Virus record (IMG/VR): IMGVR_UViG_3300005573_000062
Location: 62,099-126,098 of that record
DNA length: 64,000 bases
Direction: 5' to 3' (one strand)
Origin: a virus
The position numbers and the translations under genes are program-made. Of the stretch, positions 10,096 to 19,945 are shown piece by piece (position 1 is the first letter of the stretch; every line of letters starts with the position of its first letter). The notes beneath the pieces are model-generated. The model searched no databases. It was not told where the DNA came from and saw nothing but the letters and a program-made list of their open reading frames with translations.

Positions 10096-11020
10096 TTTTC
10101 TTTATTTTACAGATTTGCACGCAGATGACGGCAATAACATATTTAATCGAATTGATGATTTCGGTGCTACTACTCTTGCTAAATTAGAAGAGTTGACTTT
10201 TAAAGCTAATGAATTAAATTGTGACATATACTGCGGTGGGGATTTAATTAATAATCCATATTTAAGTCATAGCTATATTAATAAAATAATAAAAATTCTT
10301 TCCAATTTTGATAATACTTTTTATTTAGTTCCAGGAAATCATGATATTTTAGGTAGGAATATTGATTCAGTGAATGAAACAACCATTGGTATTTTTGAAA
10401 AGTCTACAAGTTTTAGATTTAAATTATTAAGGATCGGTTATTTCGAAAGAGAAGGTTTCTATCTTATGAGTAATCCTTATAATGAAGATATTAAAGTTGG
10501 TGATTTTTCTGACATTTCAAATTTTAAATTTCCAGTCATTTTAGTAGATCATAATATGATAATTCCAGTCGATATGCCCTTTGAAGGGTTAAAGACAGAT
10601 TTATTATCTGGATATTTTAGAAGAGGGAGTTTAGTTTTATGTGGTCATTGGCATAGCCCTTTTCATAAGAAATATGATAATGTTGAATTTGTCAATATCG
10701 GTTCTGCGGGAAGATTAAATAGAAAATTAGATCAAAGAAATCCTCAATATATGATTGTAACTCTAGATTCTGGCAAATATAGTTATGATATTGTAAATTT
10801 TTCATGTGCTAAGTTATACAACGAAGTATTCAGACAAGACGATTCAGTACATATTAAATTAGAAGAATTGAATTTAAATAAGTATATTTCTGAGAATATT
10901 AATACATCTGATTTAATATCCATAGTAAAAACAGTGGGTGAGGATAAAAAGATAGATAATGATATTATCGAAGAATTAATTAAAAAAATAGAGTTTTTTC
11001 AGTCGAAATGCAAAGTTTAA
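10088..11020 (+). CDS. SbcD/Mre11 nuclease
   Basis: TDLH, GGDL, PGNHD, DHN, CGHWH, NIGS. Confidence 0.9.
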   Translation: MYNFLYFTDLHADDGNNIFNRIDDFGATTLAKLEELTFKANELNCDIYCGGDLINNPYLSHSYINKIIKILSNFDNTFYLVPGNHDILGRNIDSVNETTIGIFEKSTSFRFKLLRIGYFEREGFYLMSNPYNEDIKVGDFSDISNFKFPVILVDHNMIIPVDMPFEGLKTDLLSGYFRRGSLVLCGHWHSPFHKKYDNVEFVNIGSAGRLNRKLDQRNPQYMIVTLDSGKYSYDIVNFSCAKLYNEVFRQDDSVHIKLEELNLNKYISENINTSDLISIVKTVGEDKKIDNDIIEELIKKIEFFQSKCKV

Positions 11021-11874
11021 ATACTATGAAAACAAAGACAAATGATATTGAAACATTGTTAGAGTCTTTTAAGAAAAGTGTAACTAAATATAATGATTTA
11101 AAATCAAAAATAGAATTGCTGAACGATTTTATTTCTAAAGAAAAAGTAAAGATAAAAGAAGAGTTATCAAAATTAGGTATAGAAGATAGTAAAAAACTAG
11201 AATTAAAAATCAATGAATTAAATGAAAAAATACTGAATGATGTCGATTTTTTATCTCTTAGGGCTAAATATGATGATTTGATTAGGGAACAAAATAAATT
11301 ATTTGGTGAAATGAATACTTATAATACTTTAAAAAAAGAAAAAGAAAATAAAACAATAGAATTGAAAAAAAGATTAGAAAAAGTTGAAAAGATGATAGCT
11401 TTTGTTATAAATTTAAATGAAGTTATAAAAGTTAAATTAATAGGTTATATTGAAGAAGTTGTGACTAGATCACTTAATCAGATCTTTAAAGTTGATCATT
11501 TTAAATTTAGAATTTCATTCGATACCCATGGTTCTACTCCTATTTCTAATTTTTATTTGATAGAAAATGGGATAGAAAAAGATGTTATTAATTCTTTTGG
11601 TGGAGGGGTAGCAGACATTGTCGGAATTGTTCTTAGGCTTGTTCTTTTGGAATTACAATATCCTAAAAATACAGCGCCGATTGTTTTAGATGAAACTGGC
11701 AAATTTATTTCTAACGATTATCAAGCTAGTTTTTCTGACTTTTTAAAGAATTGGTCTATGACTTTTAAACGACAAATTATTATTATATCACATAAAACTG
11801 AAGTTATAGGATTTAGTGATAGAATTATTGAAATAAAGAAAGAGAAACATTCGTTTCCTATAATAAAAAAATGA
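11008..11874 (+). CDS. SbcC/Rad50 C-terminal half (coiled coil, ABC signature, Walker B)
   Basis: SFGGG signature, IVLDE, IIISH. Confidence 0.88.
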   Translation: MQSLNTMKTKTNDIETLLESFKKSVTKYNDLKSKIELLNDFISKEKVKIKEELSKLGIEDSKKLELKINELNEKILNDVDFLSLRAKYDDLIREQNKLFGEMNTYNTLKKEKENKTIELKKRLEKVEKMIAFVINLNEVIKVKLIGYIEEVVTRSLNQIFKVDHFKFRISFDTHGSTPISNFYLIENGIEKDVINSFGGGVADIVGIVLRLVLLELQYPKNTAPIVLDETGKFISNDYQASFSDFLKNWSMTFKRQIIIISHKTEVIGFSDRIIEIKKEKHSFPIIKK

Positions 11875-11896
11875 TATAACATACCTTTTAAATTAG

Positions 11897-12724
11897 ATGA
11901 AAAAGTTAAGAGCTCGTCATCTTGCTATCTTTGATCTTCATATTCCTCATCATGTTCATTTAGAAGAAGTTTATAAATTTATAAGATGGTATAAACCAAC
12001 AGATTTGATAATAGGTGGGGATTTTTTAAATTTAGAATGGGCAAGTCATTGGAATGCTCCTGATTTTCCTATTATTGGATTAAGTAAATTATCTAATTGG
12101 TTAAAAGAAGAGTTCGAGACTGGAAAAGAAATTTTAAATACACTTAGAAAAGTATCGAATAAAGATGTTGTTATCTATTATATTCCTGGAAACCATGAAA
12201 ATTGGTTAAGACAGATGGTAACAAAATATCCAAGTCTTTTGGATAATGTTCACTTAATGAATGTAGATGATATTAATTCAGAAACTGATTTTTCTAGCTA
12301 TTCTAAGCAGTTTTTAGCTTTGCTATTAAATTCAGTCCTAGAATTATATAAATTTAAGATAAAAGTGCTTCCTCTTGACGTTCCACTTTATCTTAATAGA
12401 ATATATTACATTCACGGTCATCAAGTTAGGGGAATGAATCCGGCTAAAAATGCAGTTGAAAAATTTAAAAAAACAATCGTTTTTGGACACTTTCATACTC
12501 ATTCTATTTATACTTCTACAAGTTTGATAGATAGCAAAGAGATACATCAGGGGATTTGTGTCCCGTGTTTATCAAATTTAGATCCAGGATACATCAGTTC
12601 TTTAGCTAACAACTGGCTAAATGGATTTTATATTGCTAATTGTTATGATGACTATTTTGTTTCAAATGTTATTCCTATTATTAATGGAAAAGTAAGTTTA
12701 TTAAATGGAAACTTATTAAGTTAA
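11897..12724 (+). CDS. calcineurin-like metallophosphoesterase
   Basis: DLHIP, GGDF, PGNHE, IHGH, FGHFH. Confidence 0.88.
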   Translation: MKKLRARHLAIFDLHIPHHVHLEEVYKFIRWYKPTDLIIGGDFLNLEWASHWNAPDFPIIGLSKLSNWLKEEFETGKEILNTLRKVSNKDVVIYYIPGNHENWLRQMVTKYPSLLDNVHLMNVDDINSETDFSSYSKQFLALLLNSVLELYKFKIKVLPLDVPLYLNRIYYIHGHQVRGMNPAKNAVEKFKKTIVFGHFHTHSIYTSTSLIDSKEIHQGICVPCLSNLDPGYISSLANNWLNGFYIANCYDDYFVSNVIPIINGKVSLLNGNLLS

Positions 12725-12734
12725 GGAGTTTTGT

Positions 12735-13694
12735 ATGAATATTGAAGAAATCATAAAAAAGATGATACAGGATGAATTTTCAGAAATCGATTGGACTGAA
12801 TCAACTGAGAAAATAGAAAAAGATCTCATAGATTCAGTTTCTAAAAAAATTGAGATGTATCCAGAAATGAAGAATACTAATATTAAAGAAATAGTTCAAA
12901 GATATGTCAAACAAATTGTATCTGAATTGGAGAAAATGGATCAATCTACAATCTTAAGATTGTTTAACAATTTTGTATACGATATTCAGAATTACGAACA
13001 TTTGCCTTATTCATTAGATCCTAATGAACAATTTGAATCTCTTTTTGATTTATTTTACAAACAATTTAATAATAATAAAATTTTAGAATACAAAGATGAG
13101 TTGAAAAAATATTATCTAAATTTAATGGAAGAATCTCCTGTAGTATCTGAAGTTAAAAATATACTAAAGGATACAGAAGATCTCAAAGATTTCTTAATTT
13201 CATCATTACATGACGAATTAGCTAATGATACAGAGGCTTTAGATATAAAATACGACGATGATAAAGATGTAGTAATAAATAAATTATATAAATATTTAAA
13301 AACGACAGAATTTTACAAAACATTAATTTCTAATTTTGGAATAACTGATGAATATCTCTATGAGTTTTTAGATTTAATATATCTTGATGTATTGAAACGA
13401 TTAGGAATTCCTAACGAAAATGTACAAAAAACACTTTCTAAGAAAGATGTTAGAGATAGAGCAGCAAAATTATTTCAAAGATATATGGAAATGATTCAAG
13501 ATCCAACTGCAGATAAAAAAGAATTGAATAAGCTTTTAACTCAATATAAATCTCTTATTTCAGAAGCTTCATTTAAATGTTTACTTGTTATGAAAGCAAT
13601 TATTGATGATGATTTAGATCATTCTTTTTTTAAACTTTCAAAAGAAGGTCAGATCGAAGTTATGTATTTAATTAAAAAAGCATTTCTACAATAA
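12735..13694 (+). CDS. acidic helical hypothetical protein
   Basis: 319-aa ORF with RBS. Confidence 0.7.
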   Translation: MNIEEIIKKMIQDEFSEIDWTESTEKIEKDLIDSVSKKIEMYPEMKNTNIKEIVQRYVKQIVSELEKMDQSTILRLFNNFVYDIQNYEHLPYSLDPNEQFESLFDLFYKQFNNNKILEYKDELKKYYLNLMEESPVVSEVKNILKDTEDLKDFLISSLHDELANDTEALDIKYDDDKDVVINKLYKYLKTTEFYKTLISNFGITDEYLYEFLDLIYLDVLKRLGIPNENVQKTLSKKDVRDRAAKLFQRYMEMIQDPTADKKELNKLLTQYKSLISEASFKCLLVMKAIIDDDLDHSFFKLSKEGQIEVMYLIKKAFLQ

Positions 13695-13705
13695 ATATAT
13701 TTTCA

Positions 13706-13734
13706 TTGAATAATTCTAAGAATTTATATATAAT
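13706..13734 (+). promoter_or_regulatory. sigma70-type promoter, probably leaderless transcript
   Basis: TTGAAT-17-TATAAT; ATG 7 nt after the -10 box, no SD. Confidence 0.75.
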
Positions 13735-13741
13735 ATATTAG

Positions 13742-14296
13742 ATGACAAAGTATAAAGTTATTTTAGCAGATCCACCTTGGCTATATAACGATAAAGGAAG
13801 TAACAAGCATCCTGGAGCCCCTAGAAAATATGATTGTTTGAATATAAATGAACTTCAATCTTTGTCGATGGATTTAATAGCTGATGACAATTGTGTCTTA
13901 TTTTTATGGTCAACGATGCCTATGCTCCCCAATGCTATAAGAGTAGTAGAATCCTGGGGTTTTAAGTATAAAACTATCGGTTTTGTTTGGGTTAAACGTA
14001 ATAAGAAGAAAAAAGATGGGTGGTTTTATGGGATGGGTAATTGGACGAGATCTAATCCGGAAGTTGTAATTTTGGCAGTTAAAGGTAAGCCTAAAAGAGT
14101 TTCAGCTGCTGTTCATAGTATTATAGAAGCCCCAGTAAGAATTCATAGTCAAAAGCCAGATGAGTTATATGAACGTATAGAGAAGTTATGTGGGGATGTT
14201 CCTAGAATTGAATTGTTTGCTAGAAAAAGACGGGAAGGATGGGATAGCATGGGGTATGAAATAGACGGGAAAGATATTAGAGAAATTCTAAAGTAA
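13742..14296 (+). CDS. MT-A70-family N6-adenine methyltransferase
   Basis: ILADPPW, LFLW, WGFKY, WVK, HSQKPD, RIELFAR. Confidence 0.93.
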   Translation: MTKYKVILADPPWLYNDKGSNKHPGAPRKYDCLNINELQSLSMDLIADDNCVLFLWSTMPMLPNAIRVVESWGFKYKTIGFVWVKRNKKKKDGWFYGMGNWTRSNPEVVILAVKGKPKRVSAAVHSIIEAPVRIHSQKPDELYERIEKLCGDVPRIELFARKRREGWDSMGYEIDGKDIREILK

Positions 14297-14307
14297 GGAG
14301 AATTAAC

Positions 14308-14712
14308 ATGGAAAATCAAGAAATTCTTTATTCATCTGTTACTTCTGATGATGAAAAATTAATAGATACGTTATTTTCTACTTTTAATAGATTTAGATTC
14401 ATCGAAAAGGAGCATCTTTTTATTGTATATAGTCATAAATCGTTTAAAGATCATATAAAAATAGTTAAAATTCCTTCATATCTTAGTCTTTTTTTACCTA
14501 AAAAGATTGCTATTATAATAGATAAAGAAAATTGGGGCTATTTAGATAAGAATGCTAAACTAGCTCTTTTATTTTCTGTCTTTCTTAGAATAACTCCAGG
14601 CAAAAAAGAGCAATATAAATTAATTCCTCCAGATTTAAAAGGTTTTAAAGAAGCTCTTAAACTTTTCGGTATAGATAATGAGAAAGCGAATGAAGTGTTT
14701 AAAACGATATGA
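14308..14712 (+). CDS. phage metallopeptidase-like fold protein lacking HExxH
   Basis: IIIDKENW..L....K.ALL and LIPPDL..F pattern. Confidence 0.4.
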   Translation: MENQEILYSSVTSDDEKLIDTLFSTFNRFRFIEKEHLFIVYSHKSFKDHIKIVKIPSYLSLFLPKKIAIIIDKENWGYLDKNAKLALLFSVFLRITPGKKEQYKLIPPDLKGFKEALKLFGIDNEKANEVFKTI

Positions 14713-16967
14713 AAAAAGTGTTGGATGGCTATTTTGATTCAGACTACGTATATTTAATTCAAAAGGATATAGTTGGTAAGTATGAAGAAAAGATTCCTTT
14801 TGATTGGTATTTTTATTCAGACTATTCTTTTATTGAATACATATTGAAAAATTCAAGTGTAGATTCTTTTAAAAAAGCTTTTAATATATCTAAAATCATT
14901 GTAAAAAAGCCATATTGTCAAATTTTTATTCCATACGAAAATTCCAAAAGTTTAATATCTACAATTGAAAGATATGGATTTAAAACATATGAGGGAGAAG
15001 TTGATCCAATTAAACGTTATATTATCGATTCAGAAGATTGTCAAATATCTGATGAATATAAAATATTATATTTTGATATAGAAACAGATGATAGACCAAA
15101 TGCAGATAATAGTACCGATATTATTGTAGGTTCTAAATCAATTCTTAGTATTTCTGGATATTGTTCGGAAACGGATTATTTTACTATTTGTGAGGATAGC
15201 GAAATAGAAGTTCTTAGAAAAGCATTGGAAAAATTTAAAGAGTATGATATTATCGTTGGTTGGAATTCTAAGAGTTTTGACTTACCTTATATTATTAATA
15301 GATTGAATTTTTATAAATCAAAAGGATTAGATATTGTTAAAGAAGTTAAGTTTGATTGGCATAGAATTATACATGTAGACTTAATGTGGAGATTTAAACA
15401 TGTATATCAGCATAATTCAGTTCTTACTTCTTTTAGTTTAAAGAGGGTTTCTGAATATTTTAAAGTAGGAGCAAAATTAGATTTAAATAATAGAAAGATT
15501 TATGATCTATTTATTAATGATAGAGAACTTTTAATGAAGTACAATCTTCAGGATTGTCGTTTGTTGTATGAACTTGAAAGTAAGTTAGGCATTATTCAGC
15601 ATATGATTAGCATGGCTATTTTTTGTAAAACTTTTTTATCTGATTTTTATATCACTGAGTTATTGAATAACATTTCATTAATATATTCAAACAAATATAA
15701 TATTAGATTGGAAACTAAAAAATTTATTAATGAAAAGAAGGAAGAGTATGTAGGAGGGTATGTTTTAGATCCAGTTTCCGGTCTTCATCGAAATGTCTAT
15801 ATCTTTGATTTTCAATCTCTTTATCCGAATATCATACGAACTTGGAATGTTTCTCCTGACACGCTTTTGAATGAATCGAATGGAGATTGTATAAAAAGTT
15901 GTTTAGATGGGGTATTTTTCAAGAAAGATAAAATGGGATTACTCCCGTCGATAGAAACATATCTTTTGAATTTGAGAAATGAATATAAAGAAAAGAAAAA
16001 AGCACTTAAAAAAGAAGGCAAGGAAAATTCAGTTGATTATTCTGTAGCAGATAGAAATGAAAAAATTATAAAAGAACTAGCAAATTCAGTGTATGGGGCT
16101 ACAGCAAACAATAGATCTAGATTCTTTGATCTTAGATTAGCTGAATCAATTACATTAGCTGGTCAAACATTAATTAAATTTGCTAAAAAATTTTTTACAG
16201 ATTTAGGATTCGTTGTTGTTTCTGGGGATACAGATTCTATTATGGTTTCTCTTAAAGATGGGTCAGACTATAAATTTTTATTAGATAAATTTCACGCTGA
16301 ATTGGACAAATTTTTATTTTCAACTTATAATACTTTGAATCCTACCACTCGTTTTAAATATGAAAAACGATTTGATAAATTTATTGTTATTAAGAAAAAA
16401 AATTATGTGGGTAGAGTAATAGATGATGGATCTCCATGCGATACAATTTACGCTAAAGGGTTAGAGTTGATTAAGAAAGATACGATAAAATATACTAGAG
16501 AAAGATTGTCAGAATTGATAAAGAATTTATTATACACTGATAATCCATTAGATTTCTATGTTAAATATATAGAAGACGAATGGGAAAAGATAAATACGAT
16601 TAATGTAAATCCAGAAGATATAGTAATAACTAAGAAGATTTCTAAAGATTTTTCTGAATATAAATCTCTTCCTATGCAGGTTAAAATTGCTAAAAAAGTC
16701 TGGAATTCTAACAATAAAGATTTTTTTATCGGAATGGACTTTCAATATGTGATTAAAGATTCTCTAGACAAAGAGAATAAAGCTATCTGGGTAGGTGAAT
16801 TTGATGGTAAATTCGATAGAAATTATTATTGGGAACACCTTATTTATCCACCTTTTAGGAGAATTTTAGAGGTCGTATTTCCATCGTATCAATGGGATAA
16901 GTATGAACATGGTAAATATTGGATTAAACCGAGTCGTTCCAGAAAAAAGGCATTGAAAAAAAGTTAA
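14709..16967 (+). CDS. family B DNA polymerase with proofreading exonuclease
   Basis: FDIET, GWNS.SFD, YNLQD, DFQSLYP, KELANSVYG, GDTDS, KKKNY. Confidence 0.96.
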   Translation: MKKVLDGYFDSDYVYLIQKDIVGKYEEKIPFDWYFYSDYSFIEYILKNSSVDSFKKAFNISKIIVKKPYCQIFIPYENSKSLISTIERYGFKTYEGEVDPIKRYIIDSEDCQISDEYKILYFDIETDDRPNADNSTDIIVGSKSILSISGYCSETDYFTICEDSEIEVLRKALEKFKEYDIIVGWNSKSFDLPYIINRLNFYKSKGLDIVKEVKFDWHRIIHVDLMWRFKHVYQHNSVLTSFSLKRVSEYFKVGAKLDLNNRKIYDLFINDRELLMKYNLQDCRLLYELESKLGIIQHMISMAIFCKTFLSDFYITELLNNISLIYSNKYNIRLETKKFINEKKEEYVGGYVLDPVSGLHRNVYIFDFQSLYPNIIRTWNVSPDTLLNESNGDCIKSCLDGVFFKKDKMGLLPSIETYLLNLRNEYKEKKKALKKEGKENSVDYSVADRNEKIIKELANSVYGATANNRSRFFDLRLAESITLAGQTLIKFAKKFFTDLGFVVVSGDTDSIMVSLKDGSDYKFLLDKFHAELDKFLFSTYNTLNPTTRFKYEKRFDKFIVIKKKNYVGRVIDDGSPCDTIYAKGLELIKKDTIKYTRERLSELIKNLLYTDNPLDFYVKYIEDEWEKINTINVNPEDIVITKKISKDFSEYKSLPMQVKIAKKVWNSNNKDFFIGMDFQYVIKDSLDKENKAIWVGEFDGKFDRNYYWEHLIYPPFRRILEVVFPSYQWDKYEHGKYWIKPSRSRKKALKKS

Positions 16968-16981
16968 AAACGTTATATAAT
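16953..16981 (+). promoter_or_regulatory. sigma70-type promoter of the nucleotide-modification operon
   Basis: TTGAAA-17-TATAAT; ATG 8 nt downstream. Confidence 0.75.
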
Positions 16982-16989
16982 ATAAACAT

Positions 16990-17685
16990 ATGAGAGAGTG
17001 TATAAGATGTGGGAAAAGTATTCCTAGTATTCCTGGAGTAGATAAATGTATAAGTTGTTATAATAAATCGAGAGATTTTAAAAAATTAAAAATTTCTGAA
17101 TACTTCGGTATGTTTCCTTTGGATTTTGGTTGGAGTTTTTATTTGACACCTGAGGAATATTCTTTAATTCCAGAAACGAGATCTCTAGGAATGTATTTTA
17201 AACCTTTTGTTTATGAGATATTAAATAAAATAGAAAAGAAAAATAAAATAGTAAAATTTTTTAAAGATATTGTTTTTAAATATAGTGAAATATCTACTTG
17301 TAATAGAAGAAAGGTTGGAGCAATTATTACCATTAATGATCGAATAATTTCAACTGGGACGAATGGTAGTGTATCAGGACTGCCTCATTGTGATGAAGAT
17401 GGGTGTTTAATAGAGGACAATCATTGTGTTAGGACTGTTCATGCTGAAATTAATGCAATATTAAATTGTGCAAATCTTGGAATTTCATTAAAAGATTCAA
17501 TATTATATTCTACTGATTTTCCTTGTTTTAGATGTATATCTGCTATTGGCAATTCAGTTATTAAGTCAGTTGTCTATTTTAGAGACTACAAGGATAAATA
17601 TAATAAAAAGATTTTATCTGGAATATCACATAGGATAAATTTTTATTATTTCGATGGTAATCTCATTAGGAGGAATAATGGATAG
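16990..17685 (+). CDS. dCMP deaminase with N-terminal zinc-ribbon extension
   Basis: STCNRRKVGA, HAEINA, PCFRC. Confidence 0.9.
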   Translation: MRECIRCGKSIPSIPGVDKCISCYNKSRDFKKLKISEYFGMFPLDFGWSFYLTPEEYSLIPETRSLGMYFKPFVYEILNKIEKKNKIVKFFKDIVFKYSEISTCNRRKVGAIITINDRIISTGTNGSVSGLPHCDEDGCLIEDNHCVRTVHAEINAILNCANLGISLKDSILYSTDFPCFRCISAIGNSVIKSVVYFRDYKDKYNKKILSGISHRINFYYFDGNLIRRNNG

Positions 17686-17941
17686 ATATAATATACCGAA
17701 AGGAAATAGTAATTTGAGTGAAATCCTTGGGTTGTTGAATACTAACGATTTCTATTTTCATATAACGTTAACGGCTCTCATTGAGCTATTAAAAGAAAAG
17801 AAAGGGCCGGACGGTAATCCTTTGATTACTGAGGAAGAAATAGAAATTAAAATCAAAGACGTTAGAGATAGAACAATGAATCAATTGAAAATAATTTCAC
17901 CAGCAGCTGGAAAGATAATAACTGATAAGGAGATAAAATGA
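17678..17941 (+). CDS. hypothetical protein
   Basis: AGGAGG RBS before ATG 17678. Confidence 0.65.
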   Translation: MDRYNIPKGNSNLSEILGLLNTNDFYFHITLTALIELLKEKKGPDGNPLITEEEIEIKIKDVRDRTMNQLKIISPAAGKIITDKEIK

Positions 17942-18336
17942 AAAAACTAATAGTAATAAGTATATTATTGATAGCATCTGCAGTAAAAGCAGAGATGTTT
18001 TCAAACCTGCAACCTGCATCATTTAGGGATGTTCAGCATGGAGTATGGTATTTTGGTGGTACTACTAATGTGTATAAATATAAAGTAGTATCACTTGATG
18101 TTGGTCTGATTAAAAATTCAGAGATCCAGGAGAATCTATTTCCAATTGGCGGTATCATGTTTTATGGAAGAGAATTTCTTGCAAATAATCCCAAATTAGC
18201 TAAATTGTCAGAAAGCATAGATTTTGACAAGAATCTACTTAAATATATTAACATTGGATTTTGGGGTGGAAAGAATTTTAACGTTAGTAAATGGATGTGG
18301 GGATTCTACTTTGGATTCAGAATTGAAATTAAATAA
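17938..18336 (+). CDS. secreted or outer-membrane beta-strand protein
   Basis: Signal peptide MKKLIVISILLIASAVKA; aromatic alternating C-terminal strand WGFYFGFRIEIK. Confidence 0.55.
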   Translation: MKKLIVISILLIASAVKAEMFSNLQPASFRDVQHGVWYFGGTTNVYKYKVVSLDVGLIKNSEIQENLFPIGGIMFYGREFLANNPKLAKLSESIDFDKNLLKYINIGFWGGKNFNVSKWMWGFYFGFRIEIK

Positions 18337-18674
18337 TGGAGAATAATATGGATATAGATAATACTCAAGCTAAATTAAAGGAATGGAGATCAAAAAATTT
18401 TAAGGAAATAACAGATCAACAACAATTGATGGGAATAATGGAAGAAGTAGGAGAGTTATCACACGCTATGCTTAAGTGGAAACAAGGGATCAGAGGATAT
18501 GATAAAAAAAGAGCATATGAAGAAATGCAGGATGCTATTGGAGATATGATTATATTTGCGATGGGATTGTGTGATGTTTATGGATGGAAGATGTCTGATA
18601 TAATTAAAAAGACTTCTGATTATGTTTTGACTAGGGATTGGAATAAAAATAAAATAGACGGGCATAATAAATGA
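18336..18674 (+). CDS. MazG-like nucleotide pyrophosphohydrolase
   Basis: MEEVGEL ... DAIGD. Confidence 0.88.
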   Translation: MENNMDIDNTQAKLKEWRSKNFKEITDQQQLMGIMEEVGELSHAMLKWKQGIRGYDKKRAYEEMQDAIGDMIIFAMGLCDVYGWKMSDIIKKTSDYVLTRDWNKNKIDGHNK

Positions 18675-19945
18675 CAATTATCGATACTATTATAATTGGG
18701 GCAGGGCCTACTGGATTGAGTGCCGCTTATCAACTAAATAAGTTAGGCAAAGATTTTGTTCTATTCGAAAGAACTAATAAAATTGGTGGATTATGCGGCA
18801 CTTTTGGGGATAGTATTATATTTGATAAAACTTCTCATATATTTTTTTCTAAAGATCCTGAGATTCTAAAATTAGTTAATGTTTTTGATCTTAATATATA
18901 TAATAGAAGAGCAGTTGTTAACGTTAATAAATATTTAATTCCTTTCCCTGTTCAAAATAATATTGGGTCCTTTCCAGATGAAATAAAAATTCAGATTTTA
19001 AAAGAAGTGTGTAGTTTAAAAAATAAGAAATCAAACAATTATAAAGATCATTTAATAAATACTTTTGGGAAAACTTTATTTTCAACTGTATTAAAAGATT
19101 ATAATAGTAAAGTTTGGAACTATGATTTATCTAAAATGGGGACATACTGGTTTGACGGTAGAATATGTTTGTTGACGATGGAGCAAATATTAAATTCAAT
19201 GATTAATAAGAAATCTTGGGGTCCTAATAGTATATTTTATTATCCAGTAGGATCTTTTTTTAATAGACTTTTTACTCCTCTTATAAAAGATATACCATCT
19301 GATCGAATATTATTTAATACAGTAATAACTAATATTGATCTCGTAAATAAGAAAGTAGTAGTTAATAATAAACATGAATTTAAATATAATAATTTAATAT
19401 CTACGATGCCTTTAGTTTCTCTTTGTAAAATGTTAAAACTAAAATGTGATTTTCCTTATACTGATGTCATAAATGATGCTATTAGTGTAAAATTGGATTC
19501 CCCAGTCGATCATAAATTTCATTGGATGTACTATTCAAATCCTAAATTTCCTTATTATCGAATTTTTAATTTATCTTCAGTCAATACTTCAATATCTAAC
19601 ACTGAATTACGATTTTTATGTGAAATCTCTTTTAAAGACAATTCTGTTCCATCACATAATGTTGAGGCTTTGTTAGGTCAAATTTTATATGATTTTGGTA
19701 TTATGCAACCTTATGAAGTTAAGATTGTTAATTCTTATCATGTTAAGTATGCTTATCCTATTCCAATAATAGGTTTAGAGAAAAGAGTTAAAAAGATTCT
19801 TGATTTTCTGGATTCTAAGAATATTTATTCAAGAGGAAGATTTGGTGCATGGAGTTATAAGTATGGCAACACTGACCATGCTATTAGATACGGTTTAGAT
19901 GTTGCTAATAGAATCGCAGAAAACAAAAAGGAGTCATTAGTATGA
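18671..19945 (+). CDS. FAD-dependent UDP-galactopyranose mutase-like enzyme
   Basis: GAGPTGLSAA; PFPVQNNI; WGPNSIFYYP; YR; SRGRFGAWSYKYGNTDH. Confidence 0.75.
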   Translation: MTIIDTIIIGAGPTGLSAAYQLNKLGKDFVLFERTNKIGGLCGTFGDSIIFDKTSHIFFSKDPEILKLVNVFDLNIYNRRAVVNVNKYLIPFPVQNNIGSFPDEIKIQILKEVCSLKNKKSNNYKDHLINTFGKTLFSTVLKDYNSKVWNYDLSKMGTYWFDGRICLLTMEQILNSMINKKSWGPNSIFYYPVGSFFNRLFTPLIKDIPSDRILFNTVITNIDLVNKKVVVNNKHEFKYNNLISTMPLVSLCKMLKLKCDFPYTDVINDAISVKLDSPVDHKFHWMYYSNPKFPYYRIFNLSSVNTSISNTELRFLCEISFKDNSVPSHNVEALLGQILYDFGIMQPYEVKIVNSYHVKYAYPIPIIGLEKRVKKILDFLDSKNIYSRGRFGAWSYKYGNTDHAIRYGLDVANRIAENKKESLV

